A model generated the notes under the pieces. That model worked only from the letters and a program-made list of their open reading frames with translations. It searched no databases and was not told the DNA's origin. Both the position numbers and the translations under genes were made by a program. A stretch of 64,000 nucleotides of DNA from Octopus vulgaris. Lineage: Eukaryota. Shown piece by piece: positions 36,480 through 49,870 of the stretch. The stretch spans positions 5,270,001-5,334,000 of the forward strand of contig OX597835.1 in the NCBI GenBank assembly GCA_951406725.2, written 5' to 3'. Each line of letters begins with the position of its first letter. Position 1 is the stretch's first letter.

Positions 36480-37195
36480 TATATGCCAAGGCCTGTTCCC
36501 TATTTTTTTTTAAGAGGGGGTTGCCACAAGACACACACCAGGCATTCCATTCATTTCCCAACTCAAAATGGCGAGCCCCGTTCTATGCTTGGGTCAAGGC
36601 ATAGAACGTAACCCCCAATATCAGCAGCAGAGCCCGACAGCATATGCTGGTTCACCCCTGCCGCATCATGCCAATTCAGTACCCCTTTGAGCAACATCAA
36701 AATTCACTCATCCGTCCATAAACACTCTCCAAGCTTTCTTATCATTTACAAACTCTCTGCCTCTCTCTCACTAACACCACTAGCCACTACCAAAGCTTTC
36801 CTCTCTCCATCCATCCACAGAAACCGAGGTCTGCCTCTGGTTCTGCTGCCTCCCACTTCTGCCTCCATCACCCTCCTTACCATCCATTCCTCATCCATCC
36901 TCTCCATGTGGCCAAACCACCTCAACATTCATCTATCCATTTTGGTCATTAGCTTTTCTCTCATTCCTGCTCGCCTTCACACCTCCTCATTTCTTCATCC
37001 TGTCAATCCATGTCACACCCACCAAAGCCCTCAAACATCTCATCTTAACCACATCTAGTCCCCTCCTTTCCACCTCTCTCAGCCCCCACATCTTTGCACC
37101 ATATAACATTGTCGGCACAATCACACCCTCATACACACCTCTTTTCGCTGTCATACTCAACCTTTTATCTCTCAACATACCTCTCACAACCCCAA
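36480..37195 (-). mobile_element. RTE (BovB-like) LINE 3' fragment
   Basis: VYEGVIVPTMLYGA.MW..MRCLR.LVGVT..LRWFGHMERM..RGRPR..W.D. Confidence 0.88.
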
Positions 37196-37652
37196 GTATC
37201 TATGCTTGAGTCAAGGCATAGAACACAACCCCATGAGGGCCAGTCAGGCAGTACTGGCAATGGTCACAATCAAATGGTGTTTTTTACGTGCCACCTGCAC
37301 TACCAAAATATTACAGGTGTAATTCTGAGCATCTTAAAATTACTTTGGTTCACTTTAACCCTTTAGTGTTCAGATTATTCTATCAAACATAATGCTTATT
37401 GATTCCCATTTATTTGAATTAATCATGCATTATCTCATATCTTCAAGATCTTGATGGTGTAATTACTTAATGTAGAATAACATTGTAGGGTAGGTGTGAG
37501 AGCCTGGATCTAGTCAGTTTGAACATAAAACAGATTAACTATTTTGGCCGGATATGGCCGGTTTAAATACTAAAGGGTTAAACAAACAAATAATTTTGGT
37601 GAATAAAAGAATAATGTTAATGAGACAGAAAATTAGTCAAAATGGTTCTTAC

Positions 37653-37748
37653 TGTTTCATAATTTTGAGGCCATGAACACAGATCAGAATATTTCCATAA
37701 CTGTCTACTTTTAGCAGGTTACCATAGATTTTATCAAACCACAAACCT
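37653..37748 (-). CDS. NT5C2: NT5C2 exon 4 ([32 protein letters not shown])
   Basis: 96 nt, AG/GT, phase consistent. Confidence 0.96.
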
Positions 37749-39029
37749 CTGGAAAATATAAAACAAGATATACAAAGGAATATTGAAACAAATAAATAAA
37801 TAAAGGCGCAGGAGTGGCTGTGTGGTAAGTAGCTTGCTAACCAACCACATGGTTTCGGGTTCAGTCCCACTGAGTGGCATCTTGGGCAAGTGTCTTCTGC
37901 TATAGCCCCGGGCCGACCAATGCCTTGTGAGTGGATTTGGTAGACGGAAACTGAAAGAAGCCTGTCGTATATATGTATATATATGTATATGTGTGTATGT
38001 GTGTGTGTTTGTGTGTCTGTGTTTGTCCCCCTAGCATTGCTTGACAACCGATGCTGGTGTGTTTACGTCCCCGTCACTTAGCGGTTCGGCAAAAGAGACC
38101 GATAGAATAAGTACTGGGCTTACAAAGAATAAGTCCCGGGGTCGATTTGCTCGACTAAAGGCGGTGCTCCAGCATGGCCGCAGTCAAATAAATGACTGAA
38201 ACAAGTAAAAGAGTAAAAGAGTAAGAGTATACATTCACACACACACACACACACAAAGTACTAGTATATCCAACTCCTACCCACAAAGATCTCAATATTT
38301 TCACACTTTGTAGATTTGAATCAGAGAAAAACAAGTGGATATAACAAAGTATATGTATATAAGTGATTACCAGCAGGAAGTGCATCCAGCTGTAGAAACT
38401 GTAGATGCAATAAAAAAAAACCTTCATAACTAAGAATGGAAAAAAATACAAAAAAACAGATGTAAAACATCACAATTTCTTTTGGTGTGTTGCTGGTTTC
38501 AGGCATTGGGCTGTGGAACACCTCCTTGGTGAGGAGTTTAAATGTTTCCACTTTCAGTAATGCAAATCAAATCCTGTATTTATTGTTGAAGTCTGGTATA
38601 TATATCCTATTGGCCTGTATTTTGACGAACTGCTAAGTTACAGGTAGGTAAACGAGGAAACACTGGTTGTCGAATGGTATCATCATCATCATCATCATCA
38701 TCATCATCGTTTAACGTCTGCTTTCCATGCTAGCATGGGTTGGACGGTTCAACCGGGGATCTGGGAAGCCAGGAGGCTGCACCAGGCTCCAGCCTGATCT
38801 GGCAGTGTTTCTACAACTGGATGCCCTTCCTAACGCCAACCACTCCGTGAGTGTAGTGGGTGCTTTTTACGTGCCACTGGCATAGGTGCCAGGGGAGGCT
38901 GGCAGTGGCCACGATCGGTTTGGTGCTTTTTACGTGCCACCGGCACATGTATCACAACTACAATTTCCGTTTGATATTTATTTCGATGTTGATGATGATG
39001 TAGAGATTAATTACAAATAGGACATACTC

Positions 39030-39367
39030 AAACACACAGATGCATGCACGCACACACACACACATGCACACACACACACACATGCACACACACACACACA
39101 TGCACACACACACACACACGCACACATGCACACATGCACACGCACACACACATGCACACACACACATGCGCGCACACACATGCACGCACACACACACATG
39201 CACACACACACACATGCACACACACACATGCACACACACACACATGCACACACACACATGCACACACACACACACACATGCACACACACACATACATGCA
39301 CACACACACACACATGCACACACACACACATGCACACACCACACACACACACACACACACATGCACA
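39030..39367 (+). repeat. Interrupted (CA)n microsatellite with periodic CATG
   Basis: Seen directly. Confidence 0.95.
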
Positions 39368-40364
39368 AATGATGGGTTCCCACAGTTCCTACTCATCGAA
39401 TTCACTCACAGCTCACTGGTCAGTCCAGAACTACGGTAGAAGATGCTTCACCTAAGTGTTACGTAGATGGATTGAACTCTTAAACTATGTGGTTTTGAAG
39501 CATGTCTCTTAACCACACAGCCATGCTTGCACGTACAAAAAAAAAAAGAAGAAAAAAAAACAACTTAATCCATTAAGGAATTTAACATAATGAGAAATAA
39601 TGGATTACTAACGAGATTATCATGAATTGCTGTTGTTTAACCCCAGATTAGCACTGGCTCAACAACACTTTTTTCAGACAAAGAATATATCATCATCACC
39701 ATCACGATCATCATCATCATCGTCATCATCGTCGTCATCATCATCATCATCAGCATCATCATCATCATCATCATCACCACCACCACCACCACCACCATCA
39801 CCATCATCATCATCATCATCATCATCACGATCATCATCATCACCACCACCACCACCACCATCATCATCACCATCATCATCATCATCATTATCACTATCTG
39901 AACTATTCGTTCTCTGAATTAGCATGCACGTGGCTGAGTATTCCACTGACATGTGAAGCCTGAATGTAGTAACCGTCGGACATAACTAGTCCGACAGAGT
40001 GCGTGTGTAGCAAGGGTGGGCCTTCTGATTACATTTGAAATTCATCCCAAGCTGGATGGTCACAACTGGAACACCTTTGATTATCAGTCTGTTCAATCAG
40101 CACTGACCTTGGGTCAAACAACAGCAAAAAAACAACAACAACAACAACAACAACAACAATAATAAGACATATCTAAACGTGTTTATTTCCTTACCTTTGT
40201 TTTTATAGTCAGGAGACAGGGCAGTGCCCCTGGCCTTTGCAGGCTCTCCCAAGACTGAGCATGGAAAAAAATAATATCAATGTAACACTTAATAAAACAA
40301 AAGTAATAATGCAACAACAAAGCACGAAAACCATTTAAAAAAGTATCCAAGGATTTCCTCTCAC

Positions 40365-40482
40365 CTGACGGGAAACGATGGGTCATATTTAAAGTCTTTG
40401 ATTGCTTTAGGGTAACCAATGTTAATAAGTCTTTCCTTAAGTTCTTCAAAACACAGAGTTTCGTAGTCTGGAGACTTGTACA
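40365..40482 (-). CDS. NT5C2: NT5C2 exon 3 ([40 protein letters not shown])
   Basis: 118 nt, AG/GT, phase consistent, homologous to cN-II. Confidence 0.95.
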
Positions 40483-40556
40483 CTGAGCAAGGAGGAGGCA
40501 AAATGGATTACACAATGAAAATAAAGTTAAAGAGAACTTTGAATAAAATTTAAAAA

Positions 40557-41170
40557 AAGAGTCATAACAGAAGAGTCACAGTAGAAGAGTCAGAGTAGAA
40601 GAGTCATAGTAGAAGAGTCACAGCAGAAGAATCACAGCAAGAAAATTGCAGTAAAGGAGTTACAACAAAAGAGTCATAGGAAAAGTTTCACAGCAGAAGA
40701 GTCACAGCAAAATGACGGTAGAAGAGTCACAGCAGAAGAGTCACAGCAGACATCATAGCAGAAGAGTCACAGTAGAAGAGTCACAACAGACATCATAGCA
40801 GAAGAGTCACAGCAGAAGAGTCACAGCAGACATCATAGCAGAAGAGTCACAACAGACATCATAGCAGAAGAGTCATAACAGACATCATAGCAGAAGAGTC
40901 ACAACAGACATCATAGCAGAAGAGTCACAACAAACATCATAGCAGAAGAGTCACAGCAGAAGAGTCACAACAGACATCATAGCAGAAGAGTCACAACAGA
41001 CATCATAGCAGAAGAGTCGCAGCAAAAGCATCACACCAGAAGTTATAGCGAAAGTATTAAAGCAGAAGAGTTACAACAGAAGATTCACAAAACAAGAGTC
41101 AAGGGAAAAGAATTCTGGAAGAGTCACAGTAGAAGAGTCAAAGCAGAGTCATCAAAGCTAAAGAGTCAAG
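40557..41170 (+). repeat. Compound minisatellite of 14-bp (agaagagtcacagc) and 26-bp (agaagagtcacaacagacatcatagc) units filling NT5C2 intron 2
   Basis: Direct repeats; homogeneous centre, degenerate edges. Confidence 0.9.
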
Positions 41171-41242
41171 GTATGCAGTACATCTCTTTTAACTACTCAA
41201 TTCCTTTTACGGAGACATTTATCACATGATATCTTCACTTAC

Positions 41243-41316
41243 CTGCCAATGTGTAGTCCATATCAAATCCAAAGAACTTGATCTTGTTCAAATTCAGACT
41301 TCGGTTGACGAATATT
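41243..41316 (-). CDS. NT5C2: NT5C2 exon 2 ([24 protein letters not shown]), catalytic motif I
   Basis: 74 nt, AG/GT boundaries, DMDYT motif. Confidence 0.97.
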
Positions 41317-41766
41317 CTAGGGACAAGAAATGCAAAAAGAATTAAGAAAGAAACATGGTTATTAGATTCCAATAAACGTGTCTGTTGTTTTATATATGTA
41401 TCTATACATACATATATATATGCATGTATATATATATATATATATATAAATATATATATGCATGTACATATATATATGCATGGATATATATATATATATA
41501 TATACATAAATATGCATGTATGTATATATGTATATATATATATATATGTATATGTATGTATATCACGTGATCACGTGACCGACCAGACCATCAGATGTTG
41601 TTACACATCGCTGGTCACAATGTGTTCGCATTGTTTTAGCCTTCGAATGACGCCACCCCGCTGGCTAAGCGAGCAGGCCAATGTATGTATATATATATAT
41701 ATACATATATGTACATGTATGTATATATATACATATATGTATATGTATGTATATATATATATATAC

Positions 41767-41798
<32 letters not shown>

Positions 41799-42046
41799 AT
41801 ACATATATGTATATGTATGTATATATACATATATGTATATATATATGTATATATGTATATATTTATATATATTATTATATATGTTTTTATTATTTTTTTT
41901 GCAATTTACTTAATCATTGATATTTCATTGTTTTTTAATTTTGATATTTCTATTATATGTAATTTTCTAGATGGTGTAATTTAATTGTTCGTTTTGAATT
42001 GATAAAAAGTGATTTTTTTTTCTAATTTTTTATATATCTATATATA

Positions 42047-42088
<42 letters not shown>

Positions 42089-42851
42089 TACTAAATATAG
42101 GAAATTATAATAATAATAAATAAACATAATACCTTGCAGCCATTTCTCTCTGTTCTTTTTTTGTTTGCTTTTGTTTGTTTTTGGTTTTTTTAGTTTTTTT
42201 TTTTAAGTTTTTTTGTGCGAGGTTTATAAAACGAAGTCAGTTAGTACGACTTGTAGTCTTTTTTTGTAAAAACAGAACTAGTACAAAGCTACTTCCTCCT
42301 TCGTGTCATGGCAAGCAGCTTAGTGAAAACAAGAGCAATTTACTGTGGTCTCCAATCACTTGAAAAGCATGGAATTTGAACTTTTGCCAGATCTTTAATG
42401 GTCAACATGAAAGGAATCACTTGTTTAAGCCAAAATGAAAATGTCTGATGAGTTTCTATATCAGAATGATATAGATGTTTGTTTTTAATAATATATCTTT
42501 TTTTTTCTTATAGTTTGTTTATCTATTTGTTTTATTACACATTATAGAAAAAAAAAAGGTTTCCTGAATGCTCTTGCTAACATTGTCAGAAAAACAGAGG
42601 AAGAGTACATTAAGATGATGTAACCCTAGATATCCACCACCCACAGCTGAAAATTAAAAAACAAAACAAAACAGTCATAGGCGCAGGAGTGGCTGCGTGG
42701 TAAGTAGCTTGCTTACCAACCACATGGTTCCAGCTTCAGTCCCACTGCGTGGCATCTTGGACAAGTGTCTTCTGCTATAGCCCCGGGCCGACCAATGCCT
42801 TGTGAGTGGATTTGGTAGACGGGAACTGAAAGAAGCCCGTCGTTATATGTA

Positions 42852-42912
<61 letters not shown>

Positions 42913-43191
42913 GTGTGTTTGTGTGTCTGTGTTTGTCCCCCTAGCATTGCTTGACAACCGATGCTGGTGTGTTTATGTCCCTGTCACAAAAGAGACTGAT
43001 AGAATAAGTACTGGGCTTACAAAGAATAAGTCCCAGGGTCGATTTGCTCGACTAAAGGCGGTGCTCCAGCATGGCCGCAGTCAAATGACTGAAACAAGTA
43101 AAAGAGTAAAAGAGTCATGATTGGAAGGCCTACGAGTACAAGGCTACGCATGATTGACCACAGGCTAGACAGCAGCAACAACATCCATACT

Positions 43192-43527
43192 AGTTCTATA
43201 TTTAAGAGATAAGGAATTATGTACATTATTTATGTTATTTACATTCGACGGATATTTGTCCTCATCTTGTTTGTTGTTAACACAACGTTTCGGCTGATAT
43301 ACCCTCCAGCCTTCATCAGGTGTCTAGGGGAAATTTCAAACCTGGGTTCTCATCCCTAAGGTATTTTTTGATGTTATTATTATTATTATTGTTAAAGTTC
43401 AGGTCACTGCTTGGAATCAAACTCAGAATCTTGGGGTTAGTAGCCCGTGCACTTAACCACTACACCCTGGGCATATGGCCCACAGGCATATAGCATAGTG
43501 ATTAAGAGTGCAGGCTACTAACCCCAA
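43192..43527 (-). mobile_element. tRNA-headed, hammerhead-containing non-autonomous retroelement with inverted 5' duplication
   Basis: tRNA-like head with A-box (ggtgtagtgg) and B-box-like (gagtttgattc) sequences at ~43466->43400, then (AAT)n, the HHR and an AT-rich tail; inverted partial head at 43486-43527. Confidence 0.65.
43279..43324 (-). ncRNA. Minimal type I hammerhead ribozyme (Penelope-type)
   Basis: Minus strand reads GACAC-CUGAUGA-A-GGCUG-gagggUAUAU-CAGCC-GAAA-C-GUU-GUGUU: intact core, 5-bp stem II, palindromic AACGUU stem III, stem I GACAC/GUGUU. Confidence 0.8.
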
Positions 43528-44247
43528 CTATTATCCTAAACTATTTTGTCCTATACTCTAACAACTTTGCCACTTCACCCATTATGAGCCATTAATCAAA
43601 TACTAAACAAAAAGTTACAGATGATCTCTCCTTTGTTGAACAAACTAAAAACTAGCACAAAATGTTCTCCAATTTACAAAGTAGTCGAACAGCTTTATTG
43701 ATGTAAAAACATTCTGTTCCCGAATATAAAAACATTCTGTTTCCAACAATCACTGAATTGGCAACAGTTAGAACAGTTATAAAGTTTCTTTGTCATTATA
43801 GATTTATGTTTCATTTGACACAAACAGCTGCAGATCTTATTTATGGCCCAATGGTCTGGTCTATTCGCTGACAACCTTGAAAAGCATCAACATATCACAG
43901 AACAGACTGCATAATACTCTTAATTATGTTATTGAAACAGTGAATAAGATAAACCGTGATATGTACTCAGACCTTAGCCACAATTTGAGCCTCTTTAATT
44001 ACAGACTGAGATTTACGATATCTCTCTCTCTCTCTCTTTTATTCTCTTACTTGTTTCAGTCATTTGACTGCGGCCATGCTGGAGCACCACCTTTTAGTCG
44101 AGCAAATCGACCCCGGGACTTATTCTTTGTAAGCCCAGTACTTATTCTATCGGTCTCTTTTGCCAAACCGCTAAGTGACGGGAACATAAACGCACCAGCA
44201 TCGGTTGTCAAGCAATGCTAGGGGGACAAACACAGACACACAAACAA

Positions 44248-44281
<34 letters not shown>

Positions 44282-47176
44282 CTCTTTTACTCTTTTACTT
44301 GTTTCAGTCATTTGACTGCGGCCATGCTGGAGCACCGCCTTTAGTCGAGCAACTCGACCCCGGGACTTATTCTTTGTAAGCCCAGTACTTATTCTATCGG
44401 TCTCTTTTGCCGAATCGCTAAGTGATGGGGACGTAAACACACCAGCATTGGTTGTCAAGCAATGCTAGGGGGACAAACACAGACACACAAACACACACAC
44501 ACATATATATATAGATACATATATACAACATGCTTCTTTCAGTTTCCGTCTACCAAATCCACTCACAAGGCATTGGTCGGCCCGGGGCTATAGCAGAAGA
44601 CACTTACCCAAGGTGTCACGCAGTGGGACTGAACCCGGACCCATGTGGTTTGTAAGCAAGCTACTTACCAGACAGCCACTCCTACGCCTATCTGTGTATT
44701 ATTCTTCAGAAATTTTTGAAAATATGTGAGACACGCACACACACACACACAGGTGTGTGTTTATGTGTGTATGGGTACATTTAATGAGGGAACCATATAT
44801 ATAGAGAGAATAATAAGGTGGTGAGAATGTTGGATGATTATATATTTTTTTATTTAATCATCCAACATTTTTATTCTAAATATACAATATCTGTACATCA
44901 CTTCAAAAACTCTCTCTCTCTCACCATATATATATATATATAAATATATATACAGAGAGAGAGAGAGAAAGAGAGACACACACACACACACACAAACATA
45001 TGTATAAGTACAAAATGTAAAAAAAAAAACACATAGACATATATATTACATGGAACTGTTAACCAAACAAAAGATTGACAGAAGTTCAAAGATTACTAAA
45101 CCTTTTTGGTCAATTTTATAAGCAGTTCATTTATAATAACATAGTTTAAATGAAAAAAAAAGAAAGCTTGTTATCAAATAAGGTGTCAATGAACTTTTAT
45201 CAGATGAATTCTGATCAAGTAGATCCAAGAACAAATGTGTTCCACCCACAACCACTCCAATGTTATTTTCTTGTTCATTACAGACATTATATATTCAAGA
45301 CTGTGTCTGCAGCTGATGAAACCTAACAAAGCTGAAACATGTGGAAGTTATTTCCCAAACTCGCTTAGCAACAAAAATAATCTTTTATCTTTTTACTTGT
45401 TTAAGATATTGGAATGCAGCCATGCTGGGGCACTGCCATGATGGATTTTTGGCTGAACAAATCAACTCCAGTATTCTTTATTCTCTTATTCTTTTACTCG
45501 TTTCAGTCATTTGACTGCAGCCATGCTGGAGCACCACCCTGGAGGGCTTTAAGTTGAGCAAATCGACCCAAGGACTTATATCTTAAGCCTAGTACTTATT
45601 CTCTCTCTCTCTCTCTCTCTCTCTAAGATATTATTTGTGGACAGACTTGGAGAAGGATGGTTTCTGCCAGGTTTAAAATGTGGTCCATGACATTCCATTT
45701 GTAAATTACAAGAGCACCTCAATTTCTTGAGATGCTAAGAAATGAAGAGTATTTAAATGGTAAAGGTTGTCAGTTTGGGTAGGTTCAGATTCCATGGAGA
45801 GAATAGGAATGTGATCTCTTTGAGATGTTAATGTGAAGAATAAAAAGTTTGTGTTGAATGTAGATGTTCATAAGGATACAGCTTATCTGGTTTTCTAAGA
45901 AGTTTTGGGCTCATGAAAATGTTTGACAACTTTGTCCAAACTGAAGAGAACACAAGTCCATCAAGAGCTTAGCAGCCAATGGAGCACATTTTCAGTTGAA
46001 AAGCTGGAGTAAAGTGAAATGAAGAGCCTTGCTCAAGAACAGAATGTGCTACCCAGTCCTTGTAACAAATTCATGACCCAAACGATTCTGAGCTCAGCAC
46101 TCAAAGTCATGTAATTCCACAAATGTCTCTGAGAGAGAGAGAGGAAGTAATGATTTTTTTTAACTCAGAATTAGGGACAACTCCAAAATACCTGCTTCTG
46201 CATTTACCTATGAAATACAAAAGTTATACAAAATTTATAATTTTGATCAATAATGCAAGCCATCACTGACTTCTCTGGACCATTTTTTAAATGTTTAACC
46301 CTTTAATGACTATATTTTATTTCATAAAACACTGCCTGTTGGCTTCAGTTAAATGTTAAAAAAAGGCAGAGGGATTTAGTAGAAACCTGATTTATTACTG
46401 CGGTCAAGTCTAAGACATAACCTTCCAAAGATTTTTACATAAACTTGTAATAGGAGGCTTTGATTCTTTAACAGCAAAATTAAATTTCATGGTGACATTA
46501 AATATCTACTAAAAAATAGAATTGATATTTTTTTTGCAAATCATGTTGCTTCAATAAACTTGTTATGTCTTGACAAAAAATAGCTTCAAACATAACTATT
46601 TCTCAACATAAGATAGATTAGTGTACAAAATTGCATCCAGCAGTTAGAGGTAATGGAATTTTGAGAAATGAACTGTATTGTAGTATCATATAGGATGATG
46701 GCATCCTTGATAAAACTGTTTGTCATCTCAACAAAATTCCCAAGGGTCTTTAATTAATATTTGGTGTAAAAAAGAAAAGAAAAAAAACAGCAACCTCATC
46801 CTAAAACACTAATCAGTAATCTAGAAATTGTTTAATTGTAAAGATAATTCTAGCACCTAGACAAAGTTAATTAGGTCAAATTAACAAGCAATAGTTAAGT
46901 TGTTATTCTTGTTTGTCAAGTTCTTATACGGCAAACCTATAATCAAAGGTATTCCAGCTGTGACCATCCTCTCATTTATTCAGCCATAATGTTATCTATT
47001 ACGTCTACGTCACCCTTTTCAAGCCTAGCCAAAGATGCAGATAGAATAAATACTAGACTTCAAAAAATAAGTTCTAGGGACGATTGGTTTAGCTAAAACC
47101 CTTCAATGTGGTGCTCCAGCATGACCACAGTCAAACGACTGAAACAAGTAAGCGAAAGCTAAAAGAAAGATATCTT

Positions 47177-47229
<53 letters not shown>

Positions 47230-49653
47230 ATGCATGCGTGTGTGTGCCTGTCTGTCTCTTGCCCCTGATAGAGTTTGGGCAGCAGTGATGTTTGTCAATG
47301 GGTCTCCCTAAACACTATATCCTACAGGTTAGCAGTGGGGCATCTGGGCTGGTTGTACCAACCATGGCTAACCAGGAAAAATATTGACATCCAAATAAAA
47401 CAACGATAATGCTTTATTTAAGCTACATTATCAGTTTCTCATAGCTTAGATGATGAACCATTCACAGCAATTATTTCCTCATGATGTGCCGATTCTTGAG
47501 AAAGCAAAAAAAAAAAAAAGGAAAAAAAAGGGAAAGAAAAAAAGGAAAAATGGGCACAAAATGGTTGAGTTTCTCTGTTTGGCATTTGTGATAAGTGTTT
47601 AACAAGAAAATGTGAACTTAATTAATAGTTGAACCTCATAGACATGACACAAGTAGACCATTTGTTACAACAGCTGTCACCATGGCTAAGACTACATAGT
47701 GGCGGTGGTGGTGGTAACAGTGGTGATGATGGTGGTCGGTAGTGGTGGCGGTGGTGGCAATGATGTTGGTGGCAGAGGTGGTTGCTGATGTTGGTGGTTC
47801 CACCCCACCCTCTCTCTCTCTCTCTCACTCTCAGTTTCTTCTTTTCCCTTTCTTTTCAAATGGGAAATATCTTGACCAGTTATGACACAGCAGTACTACA
47901 AGAAAAAACCTCTCAAACCTATATATTGCCACATGGTCAGCTAGAAATAGCAGTCAAATCGCTCTCCAGTTAAACCATACAGCCAAAAAGTTAAAAGATC
48001 ATAAAGGATAAAGTGTACCCCTGATAGAACTGTGCCTGTCTATGTGCCTCAAAGACTGGATGTTCATATATCATCATCATCATCATTTAGCGTCCGTTCT
48101 CCATGCTAGCATGGGTTGGACGGTTCAACTGGGGTCTGAAGCTGGAAGGCTTCATCAGGCCCAGTCAGATCTGGCAGTGTTTCTACGGCTGGATGCCCTT
48201 CCTAACGCCAACCACTCCGTGAGTGTAGTGGGTGCTTTTTACGTGCCACCTGCACAGGTGCCAGACAGGGCTGGCAAACGGCCACAAACGGATGGTGCTT
48301 TTATGTGTCACCGGCACGGGGCCAGGCGAGGCTGGCAACGGACACGAACGGATGGTGCTTTTACGTGCCACCAACACGGGGGCCAGACAGAGCTGGCAAA
48401 CGGCCACGAAACGGATGGTGCTTTTACGTGTCACCGGCACGGGGGCCAGGCAATATATATATATATACTCACAAAGCCTTGGTCGGCCCAAGGCTATGGT
48501 AGAAGACACTTGCCCTAGGTGTCATGCAGTGAGACTGAACCCGGAACCATGTGGTTGGGAAGTAAGCTTCTTACCACACAGCCGTATATATATATATATA
48601 TGGTGTGGCTATGTGGTAAGAAGCTTACTTCCCAACCACATGGTTCCGGGTTCAATCTCAGGCTGGAACAATGTGAAATTAAAGAGTAAAGACCCCCTTC
48701 AGTCATGAATGACTGTGGGCTTGCACCTAGAAAGTTCCCCTCCAAGGCATAAGCCTAGGTAAGGTTGTTTATGGAAGACCAGCAGTTGCCCATGCATACC
48801 GGCTTCCCCTCTGCACGCCACCGATGTTTTCCAAGGGAAAGGCAAAGGGGCCGATACAGCTTGGCACCCGTGACACTGCAACTCATTTCTACAGTGGAGT
48901 GAACTGGAGAAACGTGAAATAAAGTGTCTTGCTCAAGAAAACAACTTACAGTCCTGTCATTGAGTGCTTTGTTTAAGGACACAGCATACTGTCTGGTCTA
49001 GGAATTGAACCCATTACTTTATAATAGTGAGCCCAGTATCCTAACCATGAGACCATTCTGCTTTATTGAGAACCTTGTAAGCACTATAATTATTAAGTCT
49101 CAAATATTGTATTGAATGAGTCAGAAAAAATTTTCCATTTTAAAATTGTAAACCATGTTTGAAATTTTACAGGAAAAACTTATCCCTGAAGTGATACCAA
49201 TATTGGAATCAAAAGAAGAATTTATCAGAAATCTGAAATATAAAAATCTCTCTTTATCTCCCTCCTTTCACATGTGTGTGTTCGTGTGTATGTGTGTGTA
49301 TGTATGTCTTCATGTATGTAAATATCTGTGCAAGTATGCACATGTGTATGGGAGCATATGTGTGAGTGTATATATGTGTGTGTGTGTATCAATGTGTAGG
49401 AACTTGGAATGTGTAACGCTGTCTGATAAATTTGGTTCTATGTTTTGTCAGCAAACATTGCAGAGACTGTGTGTGTGTCTTTAGTGGATATCATGTTTGT
49501 CTTTTAAGAGGCTTTGCAAGTTGCCGGCGCTACCTAAGCCTTCCAAATTACATACATATCACTGAGGTTTGTTTGAGTCAAGTCTGTGTGTACAGATAAT
49601 CTCACGTGTGTGTGTGTGTTTGTGTGAAGTAAGGATGAAACACTGTACAGTAC

Positions 49654-49748
49654 CTTTTATCAGGGTTCCGGCGGTATTTTACCTTTTTCTGTGAGTCGTT
49701 CATATTGCCAGCATTCGTGTCTATACTGTTAGGTTTAGCAGCAGACAT
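49654..49748 (-). CDS. NT5C2: NT5C2 coding exon 1 (MSAAKPNSIDTNAGNMNDSQKKVKYRRNPDKR); exon starts at 49756 after a ttctttcag acceptor
   Basis: ATG at 49748; KYRR...R matches the cN-II N-terminus; 95 nt, phase 2, gtactg donor. Confidence 0.85.
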
Positions 49749-49838
49749 AGTGGAAGCTGAAAGAAAGACACAAGAAATAAGACTGAATAAAATTCTCCAT
49801 AGATTCCATACAAACATTTCAAAATATATATATATGTA

Positions 49839-49870
<32 letters not shown>

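Larger units (their letters stand above)
19781..49756 (-). other. NT5C2: Gene span of cytosolic purine 5'-nucleotidase (cN-II): 17 coding exons, 560 aa; non-coding 5' exon(s) not located
   Basis: Spliced exons sum to 1683 nt in one open frame. HAD motifs DMDYT, TNS, K(KP) and GDHIYGD are present, with an acidic C-terminal tail. Confidence 0.96.

Noticed and set aside
38958-39455. Multiple overlapping CV/HT-rich ORFs (also 2952-3506, 41278-41984, 25702-26265, 54841-55198)
   Set aside because: Translations of di- and trinucleotide microsatellites
46192-46207. Possible 16-nt micro-exon in NT5C2 intron 1 (ttcatag|...|gtattt)
   Set aside because: Would shift the frame; exons 1 and 2 already join in phase
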